Positions 1 through 11,901 of a DNA stretch of 64,000 bases are shown piece by piece. The stretch spans positions 9,170-73,169 of the forward strand of contig RBZT01000754.1 of NCBI GenBank assembly GCA_003693705.1, read 5' to 3'. Within the stretch, counting starts at the first letter, position 1. Each line of letters begins with the position of its first letter. The translations under genes were made by a program, and so were the position numbers. The notes under the pieces are model-generated. The model was not told where the DNA came from. It saw only the letters and a program-made list of their open reading frames with translations, and did no database searches. This DNA comes from Polymyxa betae A26-41 (taxonomy: Eukaryota; Protista; Endomyxa: Phytomyxea).

Positions 1-1075
1 CTGTATTCCTCTGGACGAGATCTATCGATTGCAGTTGTCATAACTTTGATATGGCGTTCCGCCATGGATCCTTAGGGTTTTTAGTACCCCTATCTGAAAT
101 TGTCGAGTATAGGTGACCACTACGGTAAATGGACACAAATCACTTCCCGAGATATCGACTACATCTCTTGTATTAGAATTCCTACTATCCGCACGACTTC
201 CAACACTGTTAACCAAGATGAAGCATTGACAACAAAAATCGCAAAGACAGTCTGGGATTATATCAAATCTGTGGCTGGATAAAATTCAGATTACACTGCG
301 GCAGAAATGTCTGAATTCTTCGGAAAGAAGATAGGAGAAAGCGATGATGTCCTTGGGTATATCAACTGAAAAAAAGAACTCTACCTCAATGTCAAGGAAT
401 GCTCGCTTGTAACAATGCCAGCAAATGCGCTACCAAACGCGAATCTCATTTGCGTTCGTCAACGATTCGAGAGTCTCGTCGAGGTATGTAACAAATCTGC
501 ATCATTGAGCATTGACGACATAAACAACAGACTAACTGAAGCTGAAAAGGCTCGAAAACAAAAAAAGAAACCTGCTGCAGCATTGCAGGCAACTGTATCT
601 ACTTGCTCATACTGCAAGAAGAATCATTTAGGTGGGGAGTCAAACTGCTGGCGTAAGCACCCAGATAAAAAACCGGAATGATTAAAGAAAAGAAAAAGCA
701 AATTATGCTCACGATAACAACAGCGGCGATAAAGAACAAATTTCAGCCTATATTGCTCGATGTAATCCGCGTATATGGATAGCAGACTCTAGATGCAGTT
801 AACACATGACGGGAACGAAGACAAATCTTTTCGATTTAGAACCAGTTGCAACAATAGTTGCAACAATCATAGATATTCTGATATCAATCCCATTTGTTCA
901 AAAGCGAAAGGGAAAATCAGAATATGCGGCCAAATAATGGAAGGGCTCTATGTTCCAGCTTTGATTTCTAAAACTCGAAGGGGAATTTTCCGATGTCCGC
1001 GTTATTTTTTTACAGCGTATTCGATTTGCTGGCAATTTAGGGAATTACCACCAGAACCTTTGATACGGTAAGGCT
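1..1075 (+). pseudogene. Ty1/Copia gag-protease remnant
   Basis: Zinc-knuckle-like CSYCKKNH...CW (~604-650). Copia protease motif WIADSRCS*HMTG at ~776-815. LYVP motif follows. Multiple stops and frameshifts. Confidence 0.75.
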
Positions 1076-1100
1076 AAGCGTCAATGTATCGATATGAATT

Positions 1101-1300
1101 TAAACCTGGGCACGGTCCGGTCCGGTAAGGTCCAGGACCGGTCCTAGGACCGGACCGGACCGGACCAATTAACTCTCAGGCGGACCGTGCAGGACCGACC
1201 ATGCTCTCGGACCTGACTGAACCGAACCGCTTACCAACGATAGGACCCCGGACCGGACCGGACTGGATCGTCCGGACCGGTCCTGAGACCGGTCCGCAAG
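1101..1300. repeat. hAT subterminal GGACC(G) repeat cluster, mirrored at ~3639-3699
   Basis: Many direct and inverted GGACCG/CGGTCC pentamer-hexamers are visible. Confidence 0.85.
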
Positions 1301-1393
1301 GGTCCCCTGGCCTACCTGCATTTCTAACTTTAAGGATACTCAATTCCTGCGTCGTGTTATTAAAATGTATTTTTATTGAATTCTCCCAAACAG

Positions 1394-3470
1394 TCAGTTC
1401 CTGGAAGCCAATTTCATCAGTTTTTCTGTGCTATCACTCGTGAGGGAACACCGTTTCGGTGTAATCACGTTACCGCTCTCTGAAAATATCGATTCACATG
1501 GGACATAACTTCCCATGATCATCAGAGTATCACGCGCCAGCTGGCTTAGAGAAGGAAACCTCTGTGCATGCGCATTCCACCATTGTAGAATATCGGTGCA
1601 AGTTTGGTCCGGCCGTGCTGTAGTCAGCAAGAAGTCGGCAACATCATCACGGTCATCACATGCTGCTTCGTCCCCAGATGATTCCGCGAGAAGGTCAAAA
1701 TGTCGCTCATCCCCGCTTCTAGAAGCAGGTTGAGATGCAATATATCCATACTCTGATGAAAGGATAGCTCGGATCAACTCCTTGAGACTTGATTGTTGCT
1801 TGTTCGCGGATCCAGAATGAGGGCGATTTTGTTAGTGATGCTGCACATATGTTTCTCATATCTCAAAAGCTTGTCTTTCATATCAGAGGCAGCATTTTTG
1901 ACACTTGGAGTTGTGAAACCTGTTGAAGCGTTTCCCATATCAGTCTTTTCGCACAATTTGGTTAACAAACGAAATATCCGGGGCTGCCTCGAAAGCGCTG
2001 CATAAGAAGACCCACTAGCCGCAACAGTACACTGATATGCCTGTTTCAAGAAATCTTCGTCCGACTTCAGCACTCTCCAGATCATCGGATCTGTCAAAAA
2101 AGAAAACTGACCCAATGTATTGGCGTACTCTGAACGTCCTATTATGTGAATCGCTACTCGCTCGAACTTGAACCAGTTTTCTGTCATCTCGAACATTGTA
2201 TTCCAGCGAGTTTCGACGTCAATATTGGGAACATGAATCTGTTGCTTAGTGAATCCAAGCATTAGACAAGCTTCCTCAAACGCTTCACAAAGCTGACAGG
2301 ACACACGGATTGCCTGAAAAACTGGGTCAGGGGTTAAGTACAGAATATAGCAGCTCTTACCTTCGTAAATTCCTGTAAAAGTTCAATATCTTTCTTGATA
2401 GATTGTACGGCATCAATGACTGCCCTGTTGATAATGTGGCAGACACACCGTATATGCCAGTCGTCGTTCAAATCAAGATTGAACTCTGATATCAGTCTAT
2501 CTTTGAGACGAGACATAGCAGGAGCCATTTCAGCACCACTGTCAGTAGTGACTGCTCTGAAACGATTACCTAATTTGTAGTATTTCAGGATTTCATAAAC
2601 AATCTCCGTCTCCGATGTGGTGATCTGGTTATGCGGACGTGGGAAATATCGATAATCGAGTAAAGCACTTTGCAAGCGCCAATGATCATTAATCCAGTGA
2701 CATGTCGTGCCCAAAAACCCTTTCATATCTCTTGAAGACCAGCCATCTATAGTGATGGCAGCACGACCAGGATTTGTTTCAAGAATAACTTGAAATTTTG
2801 ATTTGGCAACAGCAAATTAATCACTCAAGCAGCGAGCCAGAGTATGTCGGCTGGGAAGCTCATATCGTGGATCAATTATTTTCAGAAACGACGAAAGAGT
2901 CTGGCTTTCCAGAACGTTAAATACTTGCTTAACTTCTTGTTTCTTGCGTGTCGAATCATCAATCGGAGGCAGTTGTGGATCGATAATTGTTCCATTTGCA
3001 GATAATGTAGTTTGCTTAGATCCTGCTTCATTACAGACCGGTTTGACGATATTGTGAGCATTCTTCAGGTGTCTTTCTAATGTGCTATTTCTAGTTTGCT
3101 TGCCGAACAACGCAGGCTTCTTAGAAGGACATTTGAGACAAATTTCGTTAGCAGGGTTTTCCTGAGACAGGCCAAAATATTCGTTTGCCCAGAAGTCAGA
3201 CATTCGCCTTTTTAAAGTTCGACCGCAAGGCGAAATCAGAGGGGTGTCATCTGCTACGGATTTCCCTTCCATTAAAAAAGGCTCTTATTCTCCTGATTCA
3301 AGCTCAACGACCTCTAGCTCGATTGCAGCTGCGTCAGATACACATGAAGAGGACGTTATTGAGAAGGGAGAAGTTGGCGATGTTAAAAGAAAGGATTCCA
3401 CGACGGGTTTCAACTGTTCAGATGGGAACGAGACTTGGAATGCAGTATTTTTATCAGGAAGCTACAGGCA
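1394..3470 (-). pseudogene. hAT transposase (BED finger, DDE, C-terminal dimerisation domain), frameshifted
   Basis: BED-like W..YF...CLKC...TLERHLKNAH; DGWSS..KGFLGTTCHWI; VTTDSGAEM; HIRCVCHIIN; DVETRWN; ILDPR; WWNAHAQRFPSLSQLARD...PCESIFS. Spread across ORFs 2817-3272, 2334-2726, 1774-2304 and 1394-1777. Confidence 0.93.
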
Positions 3471-3964
3471 TTTTTCAATTCTAGGCTACCTAGTTCCTGT
3501 AGCCCAGTTGTTTCTGGTGACAATCAGCAAGTAGCAGGTGAAGTGTCCTTGTCTTGTGAGTGGCCGTGCGCCAGTGTTTCCAACACGCGGAAAAAACAAT
3601 ACTGAGAATTTTATTTGACGGAGCTGGGAACTGCGAAGGGACCGTGAAAGACCGGTCCAGGACCGGTCTTTGGACCGGACCGGACCGAATCGAGGTGTAA
3701 GACTCCTTGACAAAATACCATAATGCCGGGCCAACGAGGGCTAAAAAATCGTCGCCCATTTCCGACAATTGGTGTAGATTTTATTTAGGAAGGAGCGGCG
3801 CCATGCAAAACGGTGCCAAAACGGATGTCTGACCTCCTTTTTGAAAACGCCGTTTCACGGAGAGAAAACTGCGTTTTATGATGAGGCTCCGTTTTGCCTC
3901 CAGACAGTTGCAACTCAGTTTGAAACGGCGTTTTGCGCCACGGAACTGCGTTTTCAGCCTGCCT

Positions 3965-6137
3965 CCAGACTTACTCTTAGCTAGACGCCGATCCAGCAAC
4001 GTCAACGCGGCCCTGATCGGCGTGCTCCTCATCGGTGGCGCTGCCTTGAACACGAACTCCGGACTCGCCAGAATCTCCGTGACTACGTCCATGTCCGTGG
4101 TCGGCAGCCAATCCTTGATTGGTTTCAACTCCGTGACCGTCATCACCTGAATTGCATAGATTCATCTGTGTCATCATCCGACACATCCAGAGCAGTCCGC
4201 ACTGCGGCGGCTCGCTTCATAACGCTCTGTGTGTCGCCGACGCCGTCCTGAAACCGGAATGTATCCTCATAAAAATGAGTATTGCGAGACTCAGTGATTC
4301 GCCGACTCACCATAAGCAGGAACACCCATGCCTTCTTCGCCATTGAAACGCCGCTCTGGACCGCGCGCTCCGCGTGCCGACACAGCTTCTCCTTTGTCAG
4401 CTTCCTGATCAGCACCCATTCTTCAGATCCGAAGACGCGTGCGAGAAAGGTTCGGCCGCGGTCCAGTAAGAACTTCAAGTGTGGTCGTCTGTCCGCTCAG
4501 TCGTCGAAGCGGAACTCGGTTATAGATCCAGGTAGAGTACTGGATGGCACTCCTCCAATACTCCGTGGGAAGACCAGACCTGATCAACAACGCCTGTGTC
4601 ATTGCCACCAATTTTCCGCCGATCACATCCGAGAGCCCGTTCTGGAACGGCATTTTCGGGTCCGAGAACTCCTGCTGCGCACCCATCTCGTAGAGTTCCT
4701 TGCTGAATTCTCGCTGGAGAACTTGTCTCCTAGGGTCAGCGCAAAACACCTCCACGCGATTGTTGTCTGGGCTCATTCTCTCCAAACGCTTCAGAGCTGA
4801 AGTGGCGTGCAGCTCCTGTTGTCCGTTCCTGCTAAGTTTCACTGTCACTGCAAAACCGCTTGCATGGTCAACGTCAGTGGCAAAACAGTTCGTGCCATCG
4901 TTGGACAAGTCCGGCATCGACTGAAAATCCGACCCGATCACCTCTCGTGGTCGCAGTTCACGAGTCCGCCGCCTCGGAATTTTCGCCACCTGCAGGTGCG
5001 CTTCGACTCAGACCCTGCACTTGCACTTCGCTTCCCGGTCCGCGTCGATGACGATCCGCAAACCGCCAACGGACCTTTGCGACTCCATCGCCGCCAGCGT
5101 CTGCTCACAGACATGACCCAGCCGGGAATGCGCCAGATCCTTCGAATCAGTGCCTGGCTGCTGTCCTTGGTTTTAATTTAAGCTGAGGAGGGTCAAGGCA
5201 ATTCTATGCAAAAATCCTGCTCCCAAGAATGGCCAGCATAAAGCAGACCCTGCCGAAGGGATGCAGTCAGCAGAATCTTACCGTAGGCAGCAATAATCTT
5301 CGACGATCGCGCAATCTCCCCATGTGATCAGTTCCGGCACCCAGGTTGGTAAGGGCCGCTGTCATGGCGAAGAAGTTGACGACCGCGTCCATCGCCTAGT
5401 TCACGTTTTTCATGGTGACAAGCTGCCCGTTAGCGGCTTTCCAGACACCGTCACCCTTACCGTGAATTTCTATGCCATTACCGCCCACGCCTCCAAATGA
5501 CGGCCTCTTTTCTTTGTCGAGCATCTGGAGTCCGCCTTTGAAATGCTCAGTATGGGTTGAGACGTGACCAAAGGTTGCGGCTCCGTCCAACACCCACTCG
5601 CGGAATTCTGCGGAGTTCCGCTGTCGCTAGACAACGCCATTGACAGAATCGCCACATTTGCGCGGCCCTTGACGTCGTTCTGTGCGTCCTTCTTTTTACT
5701 TCGACAATCGGCAGCTCGGTGGCCGCTCTTTCCATAGTCATAACAGCGCCCTTTGAACGCTCACCTACGGCGTCCGCGAACCGCGCTCATCCCCTGTCAG
5801 GCGTCAGAGTCCGTGACGTCACCAATTACTGCCATCCGTCGTAGATGTAAAATACGTTGCTTGAGGACAACTCCTTCGACAGTCCCGACGGTCGTCGATT
5901 CCGGACCTGCTCCATGTCGTTTGGGAGGGACATGCACATGAGGACGCCCATCACGAGGTCCGGCAGGGCACGGTTCTGGTCAATGACCATGCGCATGTTC
6001 TTGTCGACCATGGCCTCCAGCATGCCAAACAATTCAATATAATGCGTCGCCAAGTCCTGACTCTTCTTCCCCGGGTATTCAGCTGATAAGGCCGACCAAG
6101 CCCCGGCTGGATAGTTTACGAATGCCTTTATCATCAT
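3965..6137 (-). mobile_element. Ty1/Copia gag-PR-integrase remnant (GC-rich), RT lost
   Basis: Degenerate zinc knuckle CYDYGKSGHRAADC (~5705-5745). Protease WVLDGAAT. Integrase SDF...DHASGF...PFQNG...SGLP..YW..A...YNR, then SH3-like FGS...ESRNTHFYE. Confidence 0.88.
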
Positions 6138-6139
6138 AG

Positions 6140-7500
6140 TAGCGCAACTCTATCTCCGTGGACGATTTGCTTTCTTGTATCAATTATATTTTCGACTTCG
6201 AATACAGAATGGTTTTGTATCCGTGATTCGGTAGATGCCTCTCCATTTAACAAAGAACTTTCCCACCGTATTTGGCTCAGGTAGACCAATGAAAACAAAA
6301 TCACCGACTTAGAAATTCGTTAATCTCGTCAATCTCCGAAACTGGTCTTTGTGCGCTCTCTTCTACGCCCGCTGTTTTTGCGAACTTCAGCAATTCTCGA
6401 TGCATTTTCTGAAGCGCGAATCCAAATCCGTCACACACTTTGTAACTTTGTCTTTTGATAATGAACTTTCCGAGAAAACTCTCTACCTGGGTGCCAAAAA
6501 AACATCCGATAACGGATTTTCGGGTGTGAGACGAATCATGACTGTAATAGGTGCATTAACGTTCAACAGAATCTGCTCTCTGTAATTGATCGTATGTTCA
6601 ATATTATGATTTCAAGTAGGGCCAATCGTGCTTGTCCCATCTCAGCTCTGACAACAAAACTATGATTAACAATACATGTTTTTTGTTTATCACTTCACTT
6701 GAACCATTATTGTAGTGTCCGTAGGCAACTGTCATGTCATGCTTCATATTGCATCTGCGTTCGTATGGCCCAAGATTTGCGTACTGCCAAACAGAGCTCG
6801 ACATTCCATCAGCGCTTCCACTGTTACCATGGCGTTCGGTGTATGTGCTGGGGTGATTCTAGTCATACCATTCAGGTCTTCTTTCAAAACCAGATCCTTC
6901 TGAAAATTGTGGGATTGATGTTGAGGTCCTGGCACTACATACTCTATAGACAAGTCATATGTAGCACTTCATTACGCTGCGCTACGTGCCGTTAAAGGCT
7001 TCTTCGAGTGGCCTTGGAATTCTGACTCTAGCTCTGGTTGGAACTCAGTTCAAACCAAGTTTGCACAATTATCTCACATCTTTTTCTCGGCATTTCCACT
7101 AGCAGAACTCTGCTAATATTTTGTCGTTGCTTGATATCCCGGATGGCCGCTGATGATTCGAGCCTTGGCAGGTTTCATCTTTAATTCCAGCTTGAGAACC
7201 GACGCCATGATAAAAGGAATTTCTCGATGTGTGGACGTATCTTTTTTGAGTAATATTCCAACCCACTGAGAAAATCTGCATCAGTAAAAACTGCCATATT
7301 CGCGTTCATCAAATTGGTCATAACCGAAGAACGAAGGTTGTGTTCCACCATTGTGAGAGCACTTTGAGGATATGCAGTGGGACCAGTACCTTGGCGTCGT
7401 GTGTTATCGAGAATTTCTCGATAACGTTCATACTTTTGACGGAACAGCGATGTCGCGAATATCCAAGGTCCTGAGTATTGCAGGTTTGCCTGGCTTAACT
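6140..7500 (-). mobile_element. Ty3/Gypsy remnant: gag-like start fused to integrase (RT/RH deleted)
   Basis: Integrase motifs RPLEE..NEVLHM, LVLKEDLNG, AYGHYNNGSSEVINK and KWRGIYRITD..FEVENI. Gag-like ORF remnant at 7100-7480 lies directly downstream of the LTR. Confidence 0.75.
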
Positions 7501-7506
7501 AAAAGT

Positions 7507-7696
7507 TGTAGCAAGTCTACTTGAAACTGATGCTACAATTGTAATGATGAATGCAGAATGATCATATTAGATGGATTTCAAGCCGTTATATATCATTAGC
7601 ATCGGGGGTTTGCTCGGAATTCGGAAAAATTCCGATCAACGGAGTTTAATCAGGTCTGATCGGAGGTTAGTCAAAGATTGCGTATAAATTGACAAA
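7507..7696 (-). repeat. Gypsy LTR (homologous to 28935-29122)
   Basis: Minus strand reads TTTGTCAAT...GACTTGCTACA, preceded by PPT AGGGAGGGGAG (7697-7707). Aligns along its length with the solo LTR at 28935-29122. Confidence 0.88.
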
Positions 7697-8200
7697 CTCC
7701 CCTCCCTAAAACACTCTACGGATATTATGAGTATCCGGAAATCCTAAGTTGCGGTTAAAAAACCATCGGGCGAGAGATCAATAATGGAAAAAGACATGCA
7801 ACTCACTTCAGAGTCCACTGCTTAAGCTTTTCAGAACCCATATCCGCTAATGCATGATTCAATAACTTCAATTCTTTACGACAAAGTTTTACCAAATCAG
7901 GAACATCTATCGAAAGACTCTCTAACAGTTCCCAGCTACTTTTTGTCCGAGTGAATCCCTTCAAATCAACCAAGAAATCAATCTGCAGAGTATCCGAATT
8001 GAAACGACAGTCAAGGAATCGTTAAACCTCATAGCTTGCATTATAATATCATAAGTAAACCGGTCCTTTATTTCTTTACTTAGATTGAATGGTCTATCAG
8101 CATATATCAAATTCGCTCCCCATGTACAATCCGTTTTGCACCATTGGCAACATTTTCGACTTCGAAAATGTAATTACTATTCCCCTATGCATCTTTGCTA
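7697..8200 (-). pseudogene. Gypsy integrase C-terminus with chromodomain, 3' UTR and PPT
   Basis: YEV*RFLDCRFNSDTLQIDFLVDLKGF....SWE..ESL..DVPDLV is a decayed chromodomain. Paralogous to 15660-15900. Confidence 0.78.
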
Positions 8201-8700
8201 GTGAAACTTGTGCGGATCGTTTTCGTGTATAGATCGGACCGGCCCGAGTTTTCGTGGCGACAAATGGCGTCGAATTGAAGGTAATTTTAATCTTTTAACC
8301 GGCTAGGGTGGATGCTGCCCAATTGTGAAATTTTCTTTGCTCTCAGTTCATTAATAGTTTTAAAGGTTTTCTGCATTGATTAAAACAGCTGGCTGCCCTT
8401 ATGAATGATTTTTTCTCTACATTTCCTTCGGTCTTGTCACTGATGGGACGCATAATGACTTTACCTTTTCGCTTGAAGGGCCTTTCGGGGCCACTCTAGC
8501 ATTCCTGTTTGTTCAACCTATAGTTTGTAAACCCTGTACTGATTGTTGTCGTGTATAGGTCGGGGCGGTCGGGGTTCTTGCTGGCGATGTTGGCTTCGAA
8601 TCGGGACTCCTTTCAGCAATTGTATCGGCTAGGGTGGATGCTGCCCTTTTATAAAATTTTCTCTCTTCCCAGTTTATTATTTTAAGGGCAACACTATCAC
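8200..8700 (+). repeat. ~326-bp tandem repeat, ~1.5 units
   Basis: GGCTAGGGTGGATGCTGCCC at 8301 and 8627. GATYGTTKTCGTGTATAG at 8215 and ~8542. Reverse-complement homologue at 14290-14835. Confidence 0.8.
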
Positions 8701-8719
8701 AGTTTCAAATTGATTGCTT

Positions 8720-10549
8720 AAATCTGAGTTCTAACAAAATTTTTTATAATTGCTTTTGAAGTTATCCAGCGACCAGTTGTTTGCAATTCGAAGATTTTCA
8801 AGTACTTTCACAGCAGCAGCTTCAGATTTCCCTTCTGCAATACTGGCAGCAGTCTTTTTTATATCTTGTGTCGTCTCGAAAAGAACTTTATCTCCGTGTC
8901 AGACGACGTCCACCGTGGCCCATACCTCTCTGCTCGAGCTATTCATCATTTGGGTTGCCACCAAGACCGATGTTAAATTCCTTCCAAATTTCATCGACGG
9001 TGAATAGATTTTTCGACAGTTTATAATGAGGAACGGGGGGAGGGGCATGACAAGCCGAGCTGTCAGTGTGGGGTAGCTCTGTTTTCTCCTCTTTAGCCAT
9101 CGATCTCGGCACCGGTTCATTTGCTGGAACACGATTTATGAATATAGGGGGCACGTCCGGAGATCAAATCATTGAGCTAAACGACTAAAGATTTCTCTTG
9201 CTTTTGAAAACTCTTGGCGTAGCTCGGCGATTTTGGCCACGATTTAGCCATGAATACAGTCGATTTTGGCTGACAAATCTTGCATGGCGTTCTGCAATCT
9301 CATCTCGGTCGGATCGCATGAATCCAAGATTCTCTGTTCATGCTGCTTGAATTCGCGAAACGGCAAAGATTGATAAAGAGGCAATGTATGCAATGCGAAC
9401 AAGGCATCATTGGGGAACTTCTCAATTAGAACAGCAGCATACTGAAGAATGACAATTCGGAGATACTGTAACAGTCGTAAAAACCCATTGAACAGCTAGT
9501 GTCTTCTCTCAAATCTACGACATCGTTCAAATAGTCTTCAGTAAATGGGAGTTTTTGGCGCTGAAACAGTTCGCTGGGATTTGTATTCGCTCGCTTTAAA
9601 TAATACTGCCCCGATTAAGGCGGAAATCCAGCCATCGTTCGGATAGCGGCACGAGGTAAATCCGATAAATAACATCCAGCTAATGCTTGAGCATTCCAAC
9701 GACCTAAACGGCGTATGTCTGCTTCTTCGGCACCACCATGTTTTGCAATACTTGCACCTGATCCACGTGCAACATGCGTTTTGGCTTTAGTGGTGATTCC
9801 AAATATGTGAAACATTCACTGATGCCATTTAATTGGGTCTGGTACGTAACTTCTGACGACGGCCCTTTCCATCCGGGTATCACTTTCAGATCAAACCAAT
9901 GCCTATTGGTAGTTAGGTTCAAAGTTAGAAGAAGATTCAGATGCCAAAGCCGTAAGAAATAAAATCCAAAACAGCCAATGGCACAGACTTCTGGATTCTG
10001 ATGCCGAATACACGCTACAAGTTCTTGCCGGCCAAATTGATTTGTTTTGCCTCGATCCATCACTACAATCAAGGCCTTGCATGGCGTATAACCTTCATTT
10101 TCCAAATCCAGTGCTAACAAGTCAACAAGCTCACATCGTCGGAAGCTTTCGCCTCTTAACAGGCAAAAATGGCTAAGCATGAACATGAGCTTGTTCCTTA
10201 CACCCGATAAGTTATTTTGAGATGTAAAATGGCTGCATATTCTCTGCAGCTCTTCAATCCTGGTGAACCCACCCATCTTGTAACGTGCCAGCTCCACGAT
10301 CAAAGGTATTTGCTCTGTTGAGGGCGTGCGTAGCACTTCTAGCAAATCGAAAGAGATGTTTCAACGCAGGACAGTCACGAGGGTGGGGATTCGAGTTTCT
10401 GATAAAAGAGCTTCTGTTGATTGCATAAATCAATGCATGCGGCTCCTTAAGCCTTCAGCGACGAGGATCCAATGACGGCACCTCTTTGCTGTTTGTTCGG
10501 TCTGTTCACAACAGTCCTGAGGAAAGAATGGATTTTGGGTCGAGTAACT
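8720..10549 (-). mobile_element. CryptonF-type tyrosine-recombinase element (NDC10-II-like YR domain + C-terminal GCR1_C), frameshifted
   Basis: LLRGE, GKTNQFGR, IRHQNPEVCAIG, KTHVARGSG, RRLGRW and CYLSDLPR..RTMAGF. GCR1_C-like YKLSKNLFTVDEIWKEFNIGLGGNP. The 5' part is cut at 10550 by a MULE end. Confidence 0.9.
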
Positions 10550-10639
10550 GGAAGAATCGGTAACCGTGACACTACGCGATAGAAAATCGATATGTTTGAA
10601 ATGCTGGGAGAGCCGCACCTATGCTATGCTTGGTTGAAA

Positions 10640-11766
10640 CTAGGCGCTCCGCCTAGAAGAAAAAAATATTTTAGGGGTGTAACTTGACTGTATCTCGAAG
10701 CGGTAGTCATCGTCACTTTGCTGGGTGAAATCAAGGACGAGAGACTCGGCGCCATTGTTGTTTACCCACCAGTTGTCAATGCAGTCTGGGTGAGTTTTAA
10801 CAGGGAGTGGCAGCCCCACTTTATAGACGCACTCCTGTGGGGTATTGACTTTGAAATATAACATTAGACATTGTCTTTGGTCGCCATCGTCGCCGTCATA
10901 TCTTGATGCTCGTACTTTTTCTTATTAGCGAACATTTTCGCCGTCAGTCTGTTTGGCTGCGGATATGAAACAGAATTTCAAGACCGTCTTTCGATATTTC
11001 CTGCGTATTATCAGTTCCTGGAAACAAGGGAAATATAACGATATGTGTCAATATTTGCAGAGTATTTCTTGAAAAAGGCTCTTATTTTATTATATATATA
11101 TCAACTGCCCAATGGACTCCGTGACGGAATATCCGGTCTGGAAATGTGAGCTGGAATACAGAATTGATTTTGCCCCAAAACACCAAAATCAGAACCGTAG
11201 GTCTGCTACAGATTGCGTGATGTTTCAAGGTTTGGTGATCCAGATAGTGCATAATGTGGTGCATCCGCAAGCGTTTTTTTCAGAATTGGTATCAGCTTCG
11301 ACAGCCGAATGGATCGCTTCGACTTTAGATTGTGTTGGGATCATGTTCTTCGAAACGCTTGGTGGGATTGGGATTTTCGTTTTCCGTCAAATATATTCGG
11401 CGTGGACCGAATTCTGGGGTTTTTATCAGGCCGCGTCACATCGTCACCGCAGAATATTGTATTTATATCAGTAGGATAATAATCGAAGGAAGACTGATGT
11501 GAGCCTGTGAAGGAATCACTGTCGCCTTTCACAACAATAAAGAATCAATACACGGAATGCAGGAAGCAAACAGTACTTAGATCCTCTCCAGTACATACTG
11601 GCTATTAATGTCCCGGGCCTATACTTCGCCATCATCGGTAGCTTCACCTTAATATATTTGCCTGTTTGTTGTTTCAGGGCCCCCTTGGCGTACTCACTTC
11701 TCAACAGACAATGCAGGGACAAAGTCAAAAGATGACGGGGAATTGGTCGGCCATGGCAACGATATG
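10640..11766 (-). pseudogene. Accessory gene A copy 1 (C-terminal Hsp20/alpha-crystallin-like pattern), disrupted by a solo LTR
   Basis: Colinear homologue of 60850-61846. ORF pieces 11516-11797, 11341-11532, 11082-11270 and 10640-10864 (LPLPVKTHPDCIDNWWVNNNGAESLVLDF). Confidence 0.7.
11044..11210 (+). repeat. Solo LTR (TGTGTCAAT...GCTACA family)
   Basis: Absent from the paralogous locus at ~61250. Flanked by GATA/GATT. Same termini as 28935-29122. Confidence 0.85.
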
Positions 11767-11901
11767 AAGCTCCTTTTTTGACCAATTTTATGATCAATGA
11801 TCAATAAAATGATCAAGTCCGTAGATACTGCCACCATAATAACTGGTGTCGTTTAGCAGCGATTATTTCCCTGAAATTTGATATTTGATCTGAATCTAAT
11901 C

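Larger units (their letters stand above)
1101..3699 (-). mobile_element. hAT DNA transposon, decayed but with both ends present
   Basis: Imperfect TIRs: TAAACCTGGGCACGGTCCGGTCCGGT at 1101 versus reverse complement TACACCTCGATTCGGTCCGGTCCGGT ending at 3699. Dense GGACC/GGTCC subterminal repeats at both ends. Internal hAT transposase. No 8-bp TSD is retained. Confidence 0.85.

Noticed and set aside
1093-3707. 8-bp TSD for the hAT element
   Set aside because: The flanks TATGAATT and AGACTCCT do not match.
8478-8495. Rho-independent terminator or Helitron 3' hairpin (GGCCTTTCGGGGCC)
   Set aside because: It lies inside a satellite unit in a eukaryotic context and is not conserved in the homologous unit at ~14630.
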